In this document: piece by piece, positions 38,594-45,977 of the stretch
How positions within the stretch are numbered: position 1 is the stretch's first letter
Layout: every line of letters starts with the position of its first letter
IMG/VR virus record: IMGVR_UViG_3300035670_000027
DNA length: 64,000 nt
Strand: one strand, 5' to 3'
From: a virus
Notes under the pieces: generated by a model
Seen by the model: only the letters and a program-made list of their open reading frames with translations
The model's database searches: none
Told to the model about the DNA's origin: nothing
Position numbers and translations under genes: made by a program

Positions 38594-39109
38594 ATGTCAG
38601 AAAAAAATATTGACGAGGCAGTAGACAAATTAGAAGCGGCGGTTGATCCAAACACCGTCATTAGCATTGGTGGTTACAACTTTACTCCAGCGAAACTTAT
38701 GATTGCTGGTGGTATTCTTTCATCTGTACTCGGTGGTCTCTATGGTGCGTTTGAAGTCTATAAAGATTATCAGAGTATGAAAGAAGCGATTCAGACTTAT
38801 GTTGCACCGGACTTATCAGAGTTTGACAAGCGCCTTACTGTAGTCGAAAAGAGTAGTAAAGATTCTGTAGAGTATACAAACGAAATTAAAAATGATTTGA
38901 AACAGGACCTTCGTAGAGTAGAGAAGGTTGTTGAAGACATGGAAAGAACCAATAAAGACATGCAGAGAGAGGTTGATCGTTCAATCGCTACTGCAAGAGT
39001 TGAGATGAGAGCATTACAAAAAGAAGTTGATGTTGAGATTAAGAATGTGAAGAGAGAGATGGATGATAAACTGAAGAAAGCATTAGACAACCCATTGGCA
39101 AATCAATGA
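38594..39109 (+). CDS. Single-TM coiled-coil protein
   Basis: GAGG SD, TM segment then heptad repeats, ends KALDNPLANQ. Confidence 0.75.
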   Translation: MSEKNIDEAVDKLEAAVDPNTVISIGGYNFTPAKLMIAGGILSSVLGGLYGAFEVYKDYQSMKEAIQTYVAPDLSEFDKRLTVVEKSSKDSVEYTNEIKNDLKQDLRRVEKVVEDMERTNKDMQREVDRSIATARVEMRALQKEVDVEIKNVKREMDDKLKKALDNPLANQ

Positions 39110-39189
39110 TATTTGATCAATATGTTTACATGATGATTCAAATGTGGTTTCTGCCATACACCCTCATTGGGTATATGGCAGATTCAAAC

Positions 39190-39696
39190 TCAGGAATTAA
39201 GAACCTTTGCAACTGAATTCATGACTGCGGCAATGCGCCCAATGTCACGCAATTGTTCAACGGTGTAACCTTCCTTCTTCAAAGTGTCATAGTGTGCTTT
39301 CACACAGAAATGGCACTTGCCTACAATTGAAGCGGCGAGAGAGTAAGCCTCAAATCGATCCTTTGTAGTACCACCATGATTCATAATTGCATTCATACGC
39401 AATTGTGCTGGTAGACCTTTGAGTGCTTCATCTTCAGCCATTTCAACATATGGATACCACACATTGTTTTGCGCCATTAGACTTGCGGCAGTCATTGCTG
39501 GTTCTGCATCTGCTGGTAAGTCTGAAAGAATCAAACTCAACAACTTACCATTTCCTGTTGCCGCAAGAGCCGCAACTGCACAACCCATTGCAACATCTGC
39601 ATCTAGTGTACTACGCAAAAGAACCGCATCAATATTTAACTTAGTGTCTTTTGCATAGTCTGGCATTGCACTTTTAATTGCTTCAATGAAATTCAT
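39190..39696 (-). CDS. ahpD: Alkyl hydroperoxidase AhpD
   Basis: PDYAKD.KLN, AA.LM..NNVWY, LRMN, LAAS..GKCHFC..AH. Confidence 0.9.
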   Translation of the reverse strand: MNFIEAIKSAMPDYAKDTKLNIDAVLLRSTLDADVAMGCAVAALAATGNGKLLSLILSDLPADAEPAMTAASLMAQNNVWYPYVEMAEDEALKGLPAQLRMNAIMNHGGTTKDRFEAYSLAASIVGKCHFCVKAHYDTLKKEGYTVEQLRDIGRIAAVMNSVAKVLNS

Positions 39697-40241
39697 AGTG
39701 TGTCACCACCTACTGTACGATTACATGCACAGAGTTCGCCAGTCTGGAGAGCATCAAGCACACGGAGAGTTTCTTCTGGACTACGACCAACATCAAGATT
39801 GTTGACTGTTACATGTTGAATCACATTGTCTGGATCAACAATAAATGTTGCACGAAGAGCCGCACCTGCTGGAGCATAGAATACACCAAGTTGATCAGCA
39901 AGACTTAGAGTGTTATAATCTGCATTGCGGCGCTGGGTGTCAGCAAACTGAATGTGCTTAATTTTCTTCAAGTCTTCATGTGCATTCTGCCATGCAAGTT
40001 TACAGAATTCGTTATCTGTAGAACCCGTCAATAGAACGGCATCACGGTCTGCAAAGTCTTGGAAGAGTTTATCGTATGCAACGATTTCGGTTGGGCAAAC
40101 GAATGTAAAGTCTTTAGGGTAGAAGACAATGACTTTCCATTTGCCTTCAAAAGATTTTTCTGTAATGTCAAAGAATTTATCGCTTCCTGGATTAATACCA
40201 GTTACGACAAAAGATTCAATTTTATCACCTACTGTTTTCAT
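39693..40241 (-). CDS. ahpC: Peroxiredoxin AhpC
   Basis: FYPKDFTFVCPTE, RATFIVDP, VGR...E.LR.LDALQT.ELCAC. Confidence 0.95.
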   Translation of the reverse strand: MKTVGDKIESFVVTGINPGSDKFFDITEKSFEGKWKVIVFYPKDFTFVCPTEIVAYDKLFQDFADRDAVLLTGSTDNEFCKLAWQNAHEDLKKIKHIQFADTQRRNADYNTLSLADQLGVFYAPAGAALRATFIVDPDNVIQHVTVNNLDVGRSPEETLRVLDALQTGELCACNRTVGGDTL

Positions 40242-40340
40242 CTCACGCTCCTTAAAAATATTAGGGGAAGTACTAATGTACTTTATATGTATACATAGAT
40301 TTATACAAAACCCCTCAAGTTATTCATATTAATTTTCTAT

Positions 40341-41189
40341 CTAGTCGATAGATACAACTTTTGGAAGATAAGGATCAGTTTTATCTTCACCACGCTCATA
40401 TCCAACATAACCTCTTGGATTACAGACGATGCGAGTATTGCCAACCATGTAGTCAAACTCATGGTGAGTGTGACCATGTGTCCACAATTTGATTTGTGGG
40501 CGGTCAAGAATAAACTCACTTAGATCGGAACTGTAACCACCGTTCATCAATGTGTCATTCTCATACATTGGCTTGGTCGAAAGTTTGCTAGGCGAATGAT
40601 GACCAACGACAACATACTTTGCAGTAGGATCGTTTTCAATCACCACTCGGATATAGTCAAGCATTTTCTTGTGATCCTCAACCGCATCTTCAGGACAGAA
40701 TCTTGCAACTCTCTCATGAAACTTGCCTTCATCATCTTTGAAATTGACCACACGATTGCTATTGCGAACAATGCGAAAGTCATTCATTCTACTCTTAATA
40801 TGATACAGAGTGAGTGAATCTTCTTTGTTCATATCTGTCCAAAGAGTACCACCAATGAATGTCACATCATCGATTTTCACACATGATTTATCAAGAAAAA
40901 CAATTCCTCTTTCAGCACATGCTTCACCTAACAGTTTGTGTGATTCTGCAAAGTCACCATTGTAATGTTCATGGTTACCCATGACATAGATGACATGCTT
41001 GTACTCTTTCTTGCAGTTATCAAGAAAGTCTAGAAAGCGATCCGTTTTGTGTGTGCCATACAAATCTGATGCAACCATAATGTCGCCAGATAGAATAAGC
41101 ACATCTGCACCTTCGGGATTGACTGGATACCAGTCACCGAATTCAAGATGAATGTCGCTAGTGATTGCAATTTTCATGATTAACTCCAT
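40341..41189 (-). CDS. Calcineurin-like metallophosphoesterase
   Basis: SDIHLE, GD, GNHE, HH.P, HGHTH, NPRGY. Confidence 0.9.
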   Translation of the reverse strand: MELIMKIAITSDIHLEFGDWYPVNPEGADVLILSGDIMVASDLYGTHKTDRFLDFLDNCKKEYKHVIYVMGNHEHYNGDFAESHKLLGEACAERGIVFLDKSCVKIDDVTFIGGTLWTDMNKEDSLTLYHIKSRMNDFRIVRNSNRVVNFKDDEGKFHERVARFCPEDAVEDHKKMLDYIRVVIENDPTAKYVVVGHHSPSKLSTKPMYENDTLMNGGYSSDLSEFILDRPQIKLWTHGHTHHEFDYMVGNTRIVCNPRGYVGYERGEDKTDPYLPKVVSID

Positions 41190-41199
41190 TTACTACAGT

Positions 41200-41276
41200 T
41201 GGTACGGATGGCGGGACTCGAACCCGCAGGACTCAGATTTTAAGTCTGATATGTATACCGATTCCATCACATCCGC
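41200..41276 (-). tRNA. tRNA-Leu(UAA), short variable loop
   Basis: Cloverleaf, anticodon loop CTTAAAA, CCA. Confidence 0.9.
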
Positions 41277-41284
41277 AAAATTAC

Positions 41285-41313
41285 ATTATACTAAAATTTG
41301 CTCTGAATGTCAA
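41285..41313 (-). promoter_or_regulatory. Consensus sigma70 promoter
   Basis: TTGACA-17-TATAAT. Confidence 0.85.
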
Positions 41314-41453
41314 TGAACCAGTCGCAAGAGGTGGAAAAAGTTTTCATGGTATAACAACCTAGAAAGTCTCCTGTGTATATAAGCAATGCCGTGAAAATCA
41401 TCATGGCAAATATGATTGCCCAATCTTTTATTTTTTTCATATCACTATCCTTA

Positions 41454-41540
41454 TGGCGGAGAGTATAGGATTCGAACCTATGCGCCTCTTTCGAAACGAC
41501 GGATTAGCAATCCGCTACATTACCACTCTGTCAACTCTCC
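41454..41540 (-). tRNA. tRNA-Ser(GCU)
   Basis: Long variable arm, loop TTGCTAA, CCA. Confidence 0.92.
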
Positions 41541-41545
41541 ATGAT

Positions 41546-41619
41546 TGGAGCGGCTAGCGAGAATCGAACTCGCATCCGAACCTTGGCAAGGTCCCGTTCT
41601 ACCATTTAACTATAGCCGC
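41546..41619 (-). tRNA. tRNA-Gly(GCC)
   Basis: Loop TTGCCAA, TCCA end. Confidence 0.92.
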
Positions 41620-41624
41620 ATGTT

Positions 41625-41714
41625 TGGCGGAAGCGGTGAGATTCGAACTCACGGTGCCTTTCGACACGACAGTTTTCAAGACTGTTGCAATAAACCGGGC
41701 TCTGCCACGCTTCC
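41625..41714 (-). tRNA. tRNA-Ser(UGA)
   Basis: Loop CTTGAAA, long variable arm. Confidence 0.92.
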
Positions 41715-41719
41715 TTATT

Positions 41720-41796
41720 TGGTGCCTCAGGCGGGAGTCGAACCCGCAAAATCCAGTTTCTAAGACTGACATGTATACCAATTCCATCACCGAGGC
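41720..41796 (-). tRNA. tRNA-Leu(UAG), short variable loop
   Basis: Loop CTTAGAA. Confidence 0.9.
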
Positions 41797-41797
41797 T

Positions 41798-41872
41798 TGG
41801 TGCCGAATGGTGGGTTCGAACCACCGACTTACGCCTTATCAAGACGCCACTCTACCGCTGAGTTAATCCGGC
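41798..41872 (-). tRNA. tRNA-Ile(GAU)
   Basis: Loop TTGATAA. Confidence 0.9.
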
Positions 41873-41944
41873 AAAACTTTATTGTACATTACCACGAATC
41901 CACTTCCAGTATTCTTCTGCTGACATGTGATTCTCCTTTATGTA

Positions 41945-42020
41945 TGGTGCCACCTGTTGGAATCGAACCAACTTCCTCGGCTCTTCAGACCGGTGCAATG
42001 ACCACACTTGCTCAAGTGGC
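41945..42020 (-). tRNA. tRNA-Phe(GAA)
   Basis: Loop CTGAAGA. Confidence 0.88.
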
Positions 42021-42022
42021 TT

Positions 42023-42098
42023 TGGTGCGCCTAGTAGGATTCGAACCTACGATCCATCGATTATGAGTCGATTGCCTTGACCGCTTGGCTATGGGCGC
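42023..42098 (-). tRNA. tRNA(CAU), probably Ile2 (lysidine)
   Basis: Loop CTCATAA; the two other CAU tRNAs fit Met and fMet. Confidence 0.8.
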
Positions 42099-42099
42099 A

Positions 42100-42174
42100 T
42101 GGTACCCGGTGACGGGATTGAACCGCCGACATTCGCCTTGTAAGGGCGCTACTCTACCGCTGAGTTAACCGGGC
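42100..42174 (-). tRNA. tRNA-Val(UAC)
   Basis: Loop CTTACAA. Confidence 0.92.
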
Positions 42175-42178
42175 AAAA

Positions 42179-42254
42179 TGGGGTAACCTATGAGGATCGA
42201 ACTCATACTATCTCGGTCACAACGAGAGGTGCAGACCACTACACTAAGGTCACC
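42179..42254 (-). tRNA. tRNA-His(GUG)
   Basis: Loop TTGTGAC, G-1 and C73. Confidence 0.9.
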
Positions 42255-42259
42255 ATTGT

Positions 42260-42336
42260 TGGCTACGGCGGAGGGATTCGAACCCCCAACATACAGTTTT
42301 GGAGACTGTCGTTCTGCCAGTTGGAACTACGCCGTA
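42260..42336 (-). tRNA. tRNA-Trp(CCA)
   Basis: Loop CTCCAAA. Confidence 0.9.
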
Positions 42337-42343
42337 TCGTTTT

Positions 42344-42418
42344 TGGCTGGGGCACAAGGATTCGAACCTCGGAATGCCGGAATCAAAATCCGGTGCCTTA
42401 CCGCTTGGCGATACCCCA
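42344..42418 (-). tRNA. tRNA-Gln(UUG)
   Basis: TGGGGTATCGCCAAGCGGTAAGGCA start, loop TTTTGAT. Confidence 0.95.
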
Positions 42419-42421
42419 ATG

Positions 42422-42892
42422 TTATGCGGCTACTGCGTACTTGAATCTGTCTGCCGCATGTGTCGCCGCCCATGCATGTGGCTTCACTAAAGGAATCACA
42501 TTGCATGTACCACGAATGTAGCCTATTGCTTCGTTGATCACACATGAAGAACCATGCATTTCATTTGGATTGATATCTAAATGAACTTCAACATGACGCC
42601 CTTCTAGTACATCTGCAAGTTTCAAATACATTTCACTTGCTTTGTACACTTCATTCATTAGTCTGAATCTTGGTCGATCAATCTTTTGGTCGTAATCTCT
42701 TTCACGATCTACTTGACCAAAGAGTTTGCATCCATTGTTGCCGTTGATATGCACTACGATTGCAGTAATGTAATCAGCATACCACACTTCACCTAAGCGG
42801 AATCGTTCTGAATCGCAACCTAGGTAAATCTTTGTTTCTGCCGACTGTCTTGCAATGTATTCTCTTACTTCTTCTAGGTTCAATTTTCTCAC
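42422..42892 (-). CDS. RNase H-like YkuK (DUF458) family protein
   Basis: IYLGCDS, TAIVVH, RL..EV, VHLDIN, KP.AWAA..AAD. Confidence 0.8.
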   Translation of the reverse strand: MRKLNLEEVREYIARQSAETKIYLGCDSERFRLGEVWYADYITAIVVHINGNNGCKLFGQVDRERDYDQKIDRPRFRLMNEVYKASEMYLKLADVLEGRHVEVHLDINPNEMHGSSCVINEAIGYIRGTCNVIPLVKPHAWAATHAADRFKYAVAA

Positions 42893-42916
42893 GATCCACT
42901 CCTTTCGTATATTTAA

Positions 42917-42992
42917 TGGAGCGGGTAGTGGGTATCGAACCCATCTACTTCAGTTTGGAAGACTGACATGTATCCATAAACACCTTACCCGC
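42917..42992 (-). tRNA. tRNA-Gly(UCC)
   Basis: Loop CTTCCAA, TCCA end. Confidence 0.9.
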
Positions 42993-43404
42993 AATACTCT
43001 ATAAACTCTTCGTACATTTTGTCGCCAAGTTTGTTGGCTTCGATTTCCCATGGATGATCTTCATAAGGTACAACATCCGAGTTGACCTTGCGTGACTTCC
43101 ATTTGGTTAATTCTTCGTTGATTTCATTTCTGACAAACTGACGAACATGAACCATCTCATGCGCCATTGTTTGAATTTGAGTGTTTTGATCATCTTCTTT
43201 GGCAATTTCCATGATGAAATAGCGTGGTTCTCCGACCACATTATAGTCATCGACATATACTGCCCCATAATCACTACTGTTTGATACAAACTTCACACGG
43301 ATATGCAAATTGGCAATCATCTGTGGAGAGAACAATCTCTCGGCAAAAAAATTCAAAGCCTTTTTCTGTTTCGATTTTATTCGTGAACCATAGAGATTTA
43401 GCAT
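42985..43404 (-). CDS. HExxH metallopeptidase-like protein
   Basis: AHEMVH.RQ...PWEIEA. Confidence 0.7.
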   Translation of the reverse strand: MLNLYGSRIKSKQKKALNFFAERLFSPQMIANLHIRVKFVSNSSDYGAVYVDDYNVVGEPRYFIMEIAKEDDQNTQIQTMAHEMVHVRQFVRNEINEELTKWKSRKVNSDVVPYEDHPWEIEANKLGDKMYEEFIEYCG

Positions 43405-43446
43405 ATCAACCTCCTTTCATCACATATTTATCCATTACAATATTTC

Positions 43447-43523
43447 TGGTCGGAGATGCAGGATTCGAACCTGCGACCCTCTGCTCCCAAAGCAGATGCG
43501 CTACCAGACTGCGCTAATCTCCG
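43447..43523 (-). tRNA. tRNA-Pro(UGG)
   Basis: CGG start, loop TTTGGGA. Confidence 0.95.
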
Positions 43524-43527
43524 AAAT

Positions 43528-43601
43528 TGGTGCCCTTGGTCTGAATCGAACAGACAGTCACGGATTACAAAACCGTTGGTTTACCACTAACCGACAAGGG
43601 C
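43528..43601 (-). tRNA. tRNA-Thr(UGU)
   Basis: Loop TTTGTAA, GCCC acceptor. Confidence 0.85.
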
Positions 43602-44531
43602 AATGTTACTCATTTGCTTTTCGACCATCTCAACATACTGGTCTTTTACTTTCTCGCCATTGTTCTTGTATAAGTCACAAGCACAATAGGCACAATTCTT
43701 ACCGACAACCAAATAATTCAGTACAATGTGTTTATAATTCTGATTCATGCTTTCGTACTTAAAAAACTCAGTTACATCAACACCGTTCTTCCAAAGCAAA
43801 TCAATTGAATTGAACACTAACGACCTTTGGTCGAAATGCTTCAAACCGTTCACTTGCAAAAACTCCATGTACTTTTCAGGATTCAATCGTATCAGACTAT
43901 ACAGTATGCTATAAACTGTTCCTAATTTATGCGACAACTCTCTTGAAATAAACAAGTCTGCAACATCGCTAACTAAACCATATTTTGATACATCGTTAAT
44001 TGCACCTTTGTCCCAAAGAAAGTTCCAGTCATTTCGAATCATGTAGTCTAGCAAGTCTCTAAGTCTACTAGGTTCTCCATCATTTGTCAAGTATGAATAC
44101 CTACCACATTTGTAATCTAGCATGTAATACGACTGAGCATTTTCCTCATCATATAACACATAGTCTAGCACATCTACCGATGAAAACTCAAAGATGGTAG
44201 AGTTTAAAACAATTGTTCCTTCTTTGACACCACATGTGCCAATGAAGTCTGGAAAGAATGGCTGATACTTCTCTTGAAAAATGCCAGTCTTACCTTTGAA
44301 ACATTTTTTTGCTACTTGATATCCTAAATAAAAGATATCAGTCTTTTCTAAAATCTCATATCTGAGATCATCGAATTCTAGCATTGTGTGATAACGATAT
44401 GGAACACCAACGCCTTTGTAGTAACACTTGTTACCTTTTGAAACTCTGCCATTAATGTGTTGAATATCATCATCAATACTCAACTCATTTATCTGCACAC
44501 CTAACGAATCATAAATCGGAACTATAGTCAT
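43587..44531 (-). CDS. Hypothetical protein within the tRNA array
   Basis: 314-aa ORF, AAGGA SD, C-terminal CAYCAC. Confidence 0.65.
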   Translation of the reverse strand: MTIVPIYDSLGVQINELSIDDDIQHINGRVSKGNKCYYKGVGVPYRYHTMLEFDDLRYEILEKTDIFYLGYQVAKKCFKGKTGIFQEKYQPFFPDFIGTCGVKEGTIVLNSTIFEFSSVDVLDYVLYDEENAQSYYMLDYKCGRYSYLTNDGEPSRLRDLLDYMIRNDWNFLWDKGAINDVSKYGLVSDVADLFISRELSHKLGTVYSILYSLIRLNPEKYMEFLQVNGLKHFDQRSLVFNSIDLLWKNGVDVTEFFKYESMNQNYKHIVLNYLVVGKNCAYCACDLYKNNGEKVKDQYVEMVEKQMSNIALVG

Positions 44532-44543
44532 ATGTTATCCTTT

Positions 44544-44618
44544 TGGTGGTGATGGCAGGAGTCGAGCCTGCAACCTCTGCCGTATGAAGGCATTGCACTA
44601 CCATTGTGCTACATCACC
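44544..44618 (-). tRNA. tRNA-Met(CAU), elongator
   Basis: Loop TTCATAC. Confidence 0.88.
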
Positions 44619-44625
44619 TATACTT

Positions 44626-44809
44626 AGCCATTAGTGAGAGTACTGCCATATCCGTTTAATGCCTTTAGATAAAACGGCATCTCTTACCTTAGTAACCATC
44701 TATCGAGGCTGACTAATTCCTCATCTAGGCGATGGCGGTAGAGAGCGGTATTCCCTCGGCAGTCAGGTCGCTAGTCAAGCACCTCGCTTTCGGACTCTCA
44801 CTAATGGCT
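44626..44809 (-). ncRNA. Candidate structured ncRNA (184 nt)
   Basis: Perfect 16-bp closing stem AGCCATTAGTGAGAGT/ACTCTCACTAATGGCT with nested helices; no ORF. Confidence 0.6.
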
Positions 44810-44879
44810 CCAGAGGTAGGGATCGAACCTACGACACACGGATTAACAGTCCGCTGATCTACCGCTGATCTACTCTGGA
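44805..44879 (-). tRNA. tRNA-Asn(GUU)
   Basis: Loop CTGTTAA, GCCA end. Confidence 0.92.
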
Positions 44880-44880
44880 A

Positions 44881-45114
44881 CAGGTGCTTCCTCTCTGCGG
44901 CGGTAATTATAGTCTATGTGGTCTTTGCTTTCGCTATACATAAACCTTCCACCCGCTCCTCGACCAGAGAGGATTGTCGCATTGCCAGCGCCGGTTCGGT
45001 TTGACCTGCCCTTGTGAGGCAATCTCATTTTCCATGAGATGGAACCACCCATGAGTAACGAACTCATTTCTCCTTCCTGCGGGTCACAGTAGCCAAGCGT
45101 TACCTCGGCGGGGT
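44881..45114 (-). ncRNA. Candidate ornate structured ncRNA (~235 nt)
   Basis: Multiple hairpins and long-range helices between tRNA-fMet and tRNA-Asn; GC-rich; no credible ORF. Confidence 0.65.
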
Positions 45115-45115
45115 C

Positions 45116-45191
45116 GGTAGCAGAGGCAGGATTCGAACCTGCGATTCTCGGCTTATGAGACCAAGCGGATAGACCTCTTCCATACTCTGCG
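45116..45191 (-). tRNA. tRNA-fMet(CAU)
   Basis: C1 mismatch, loop CTCATAA; 3' end encoded as ACCG instead of ACCA. Confidence 0.85.
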
Positions 45192-45196
45192 AAACT

Positions 45197-45271
45197 TGGC
45201 GGTCTCAACGGGAATCGAACCCGTCCCTGCGCCGTGACAGGGCGCTATACTAACCGATATACTATGAGACC
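45197..45271 (-). tRNA. tRNA-Asp(GUC)
   Basis: Loop CTGTCAC. Confidence 0.92.
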
Positions 45272-45281
45272 AATATTTAGT

Positions 45282-45310
45282 ATTGTACAACAAAAAACTT
45301 GATTTGTCAA
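45282..45310 (-). promoter_or_regulatory. Internal sigma70 promoter in the tRNA array
   Basis: TTGACA-17-TACAAT. Confidence 0.75.
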
Positions 45311-45311
45311 G

Positions 45312-45385
45312 TGGTAGGGGCACGGAGAATCGAACTCCGGTTAATAGGTTAAAAGCCTACTACTTTGCCACTAAGTTATACCCCC
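45312..45385 (-). tRNA. tRNA-Lys(UUU)
   Basis: Loop CTTTTAA. Confidence 0.9.
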
Positions 45386-45393
45386 ACAAAATC

Positions 45394-45468
45394 TGGCACC
45401 ACCTGAAGGAATCAAACCCTCAACTCAAGGTCCGTAGCCTAGCGTGATATTCATTTCACTAAGGTGGT
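45394..45468 (-). tRNA. tRNA-Arg(ACG)
   Basis: Loop CTACGGA; somewhat divergent D and T loops. Confidence 0.8.
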
Positions 45469-45475
45469 ATAAAAC

Positions 45476-45553
45476 TGGAGTGAGGAGTGGGATTCGAACC
45501 CACGATACAAGAGTTTTGCAGGCTCCGCCATTTGACCGCTCTGGCATCCTCAC
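45476..45553 (-). tRNA. tRNA-Cys(GCA)
   Basis: Loop CTGCAAA, U73. Confidence 0.88.
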
Positions 45554-45558
45554 ATGAA

Positions 45559-45634
45559 TGGTGGAGAGTATCGGGTTCGAACCGATGACCTCCTGCTTGC
45601 AAAGCAGGCATTCTCCCAACTGAACTAACTCCCC
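45559..45634 (-). tRNA. tRNA-Ala(UGC)
   Basis: G3.U70, loop TTTGCAA. Confidence 0.93.
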
Positions 45635-45740
45635 ATATTGAAGCACACCGACAGTATCGAAACTGCCCACACCGCCGAAAGACGATGCTAGGTCCACTCC
45701 CAAGGCCGGCGCCGTCTAGCCTTAGTGTGCTTCAATATGG
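45633..45740 (-). ncRNA. Candidate tRNA-mimic ncRNA with extended closing stem
   Basis: 17-bp stem CCATATTGAAGCACACT/GGTGTGCTTCAATATGG enclosing four arms, including a TTCGAT T-like loop. Confidence 0.55.
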
Positions 45741-45825
45741 TGGGTGGTGATGGTAACGCTCCACGAGGCAACTTCCGATCTTATTATGCCGACGGTTTTA
45801 CAGACCGCTGACCGGGGCACCACCC
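45738..45825 (-). tRNA. Atypical D-arm-less tRNA-Tyr(GUA)
   Basis: 7-bp acceptor plus ACCA, anticodon arm GCGGT-CTGTAAA-ACCGT, 10-nt D replacement, large variable arm, T-loop AGCGTTA. Confidence 0.65.
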
Positions 45826-45833
45826 ATAAACTT

Positions 45834-45955
45834 CCATTTGAAATGCTGACTGCACTATTTGCTATACCTCATATGCTTTATCTAGAATTACATCTTATCG
45901 GTATAGTTACTCAGGCGTTGCACCGCCCATGGCTTACAATCAGCATATCAAATGG
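45834..45955 (-). ncRNA. Candidate structured ncRNA (~120 nt)
   Basis: Long closing stem CCATTTGATATGCTGA/TCAGCATTTCAAATGG with two internal hairpins. Confidence 0.5.
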
Positions 45956-45977
45956 TGCCCACCGGGCACCGAAACTT

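Noticed and set aside
39151-39181. Hairpin CTGCCATACACCC/GGGTATATGGCAG as a novel RNA
   Set aside because: Adequately explained as a terminator or stabiliser between convergent genes.
44626-45955. Hammerhead or HDV-like (theta) ribozymes after tRNAs
   Set aside because: I could not find a CUGANGA/GAAA core or a convincing nested double pseudoknot by eye; a covariance search is needed.
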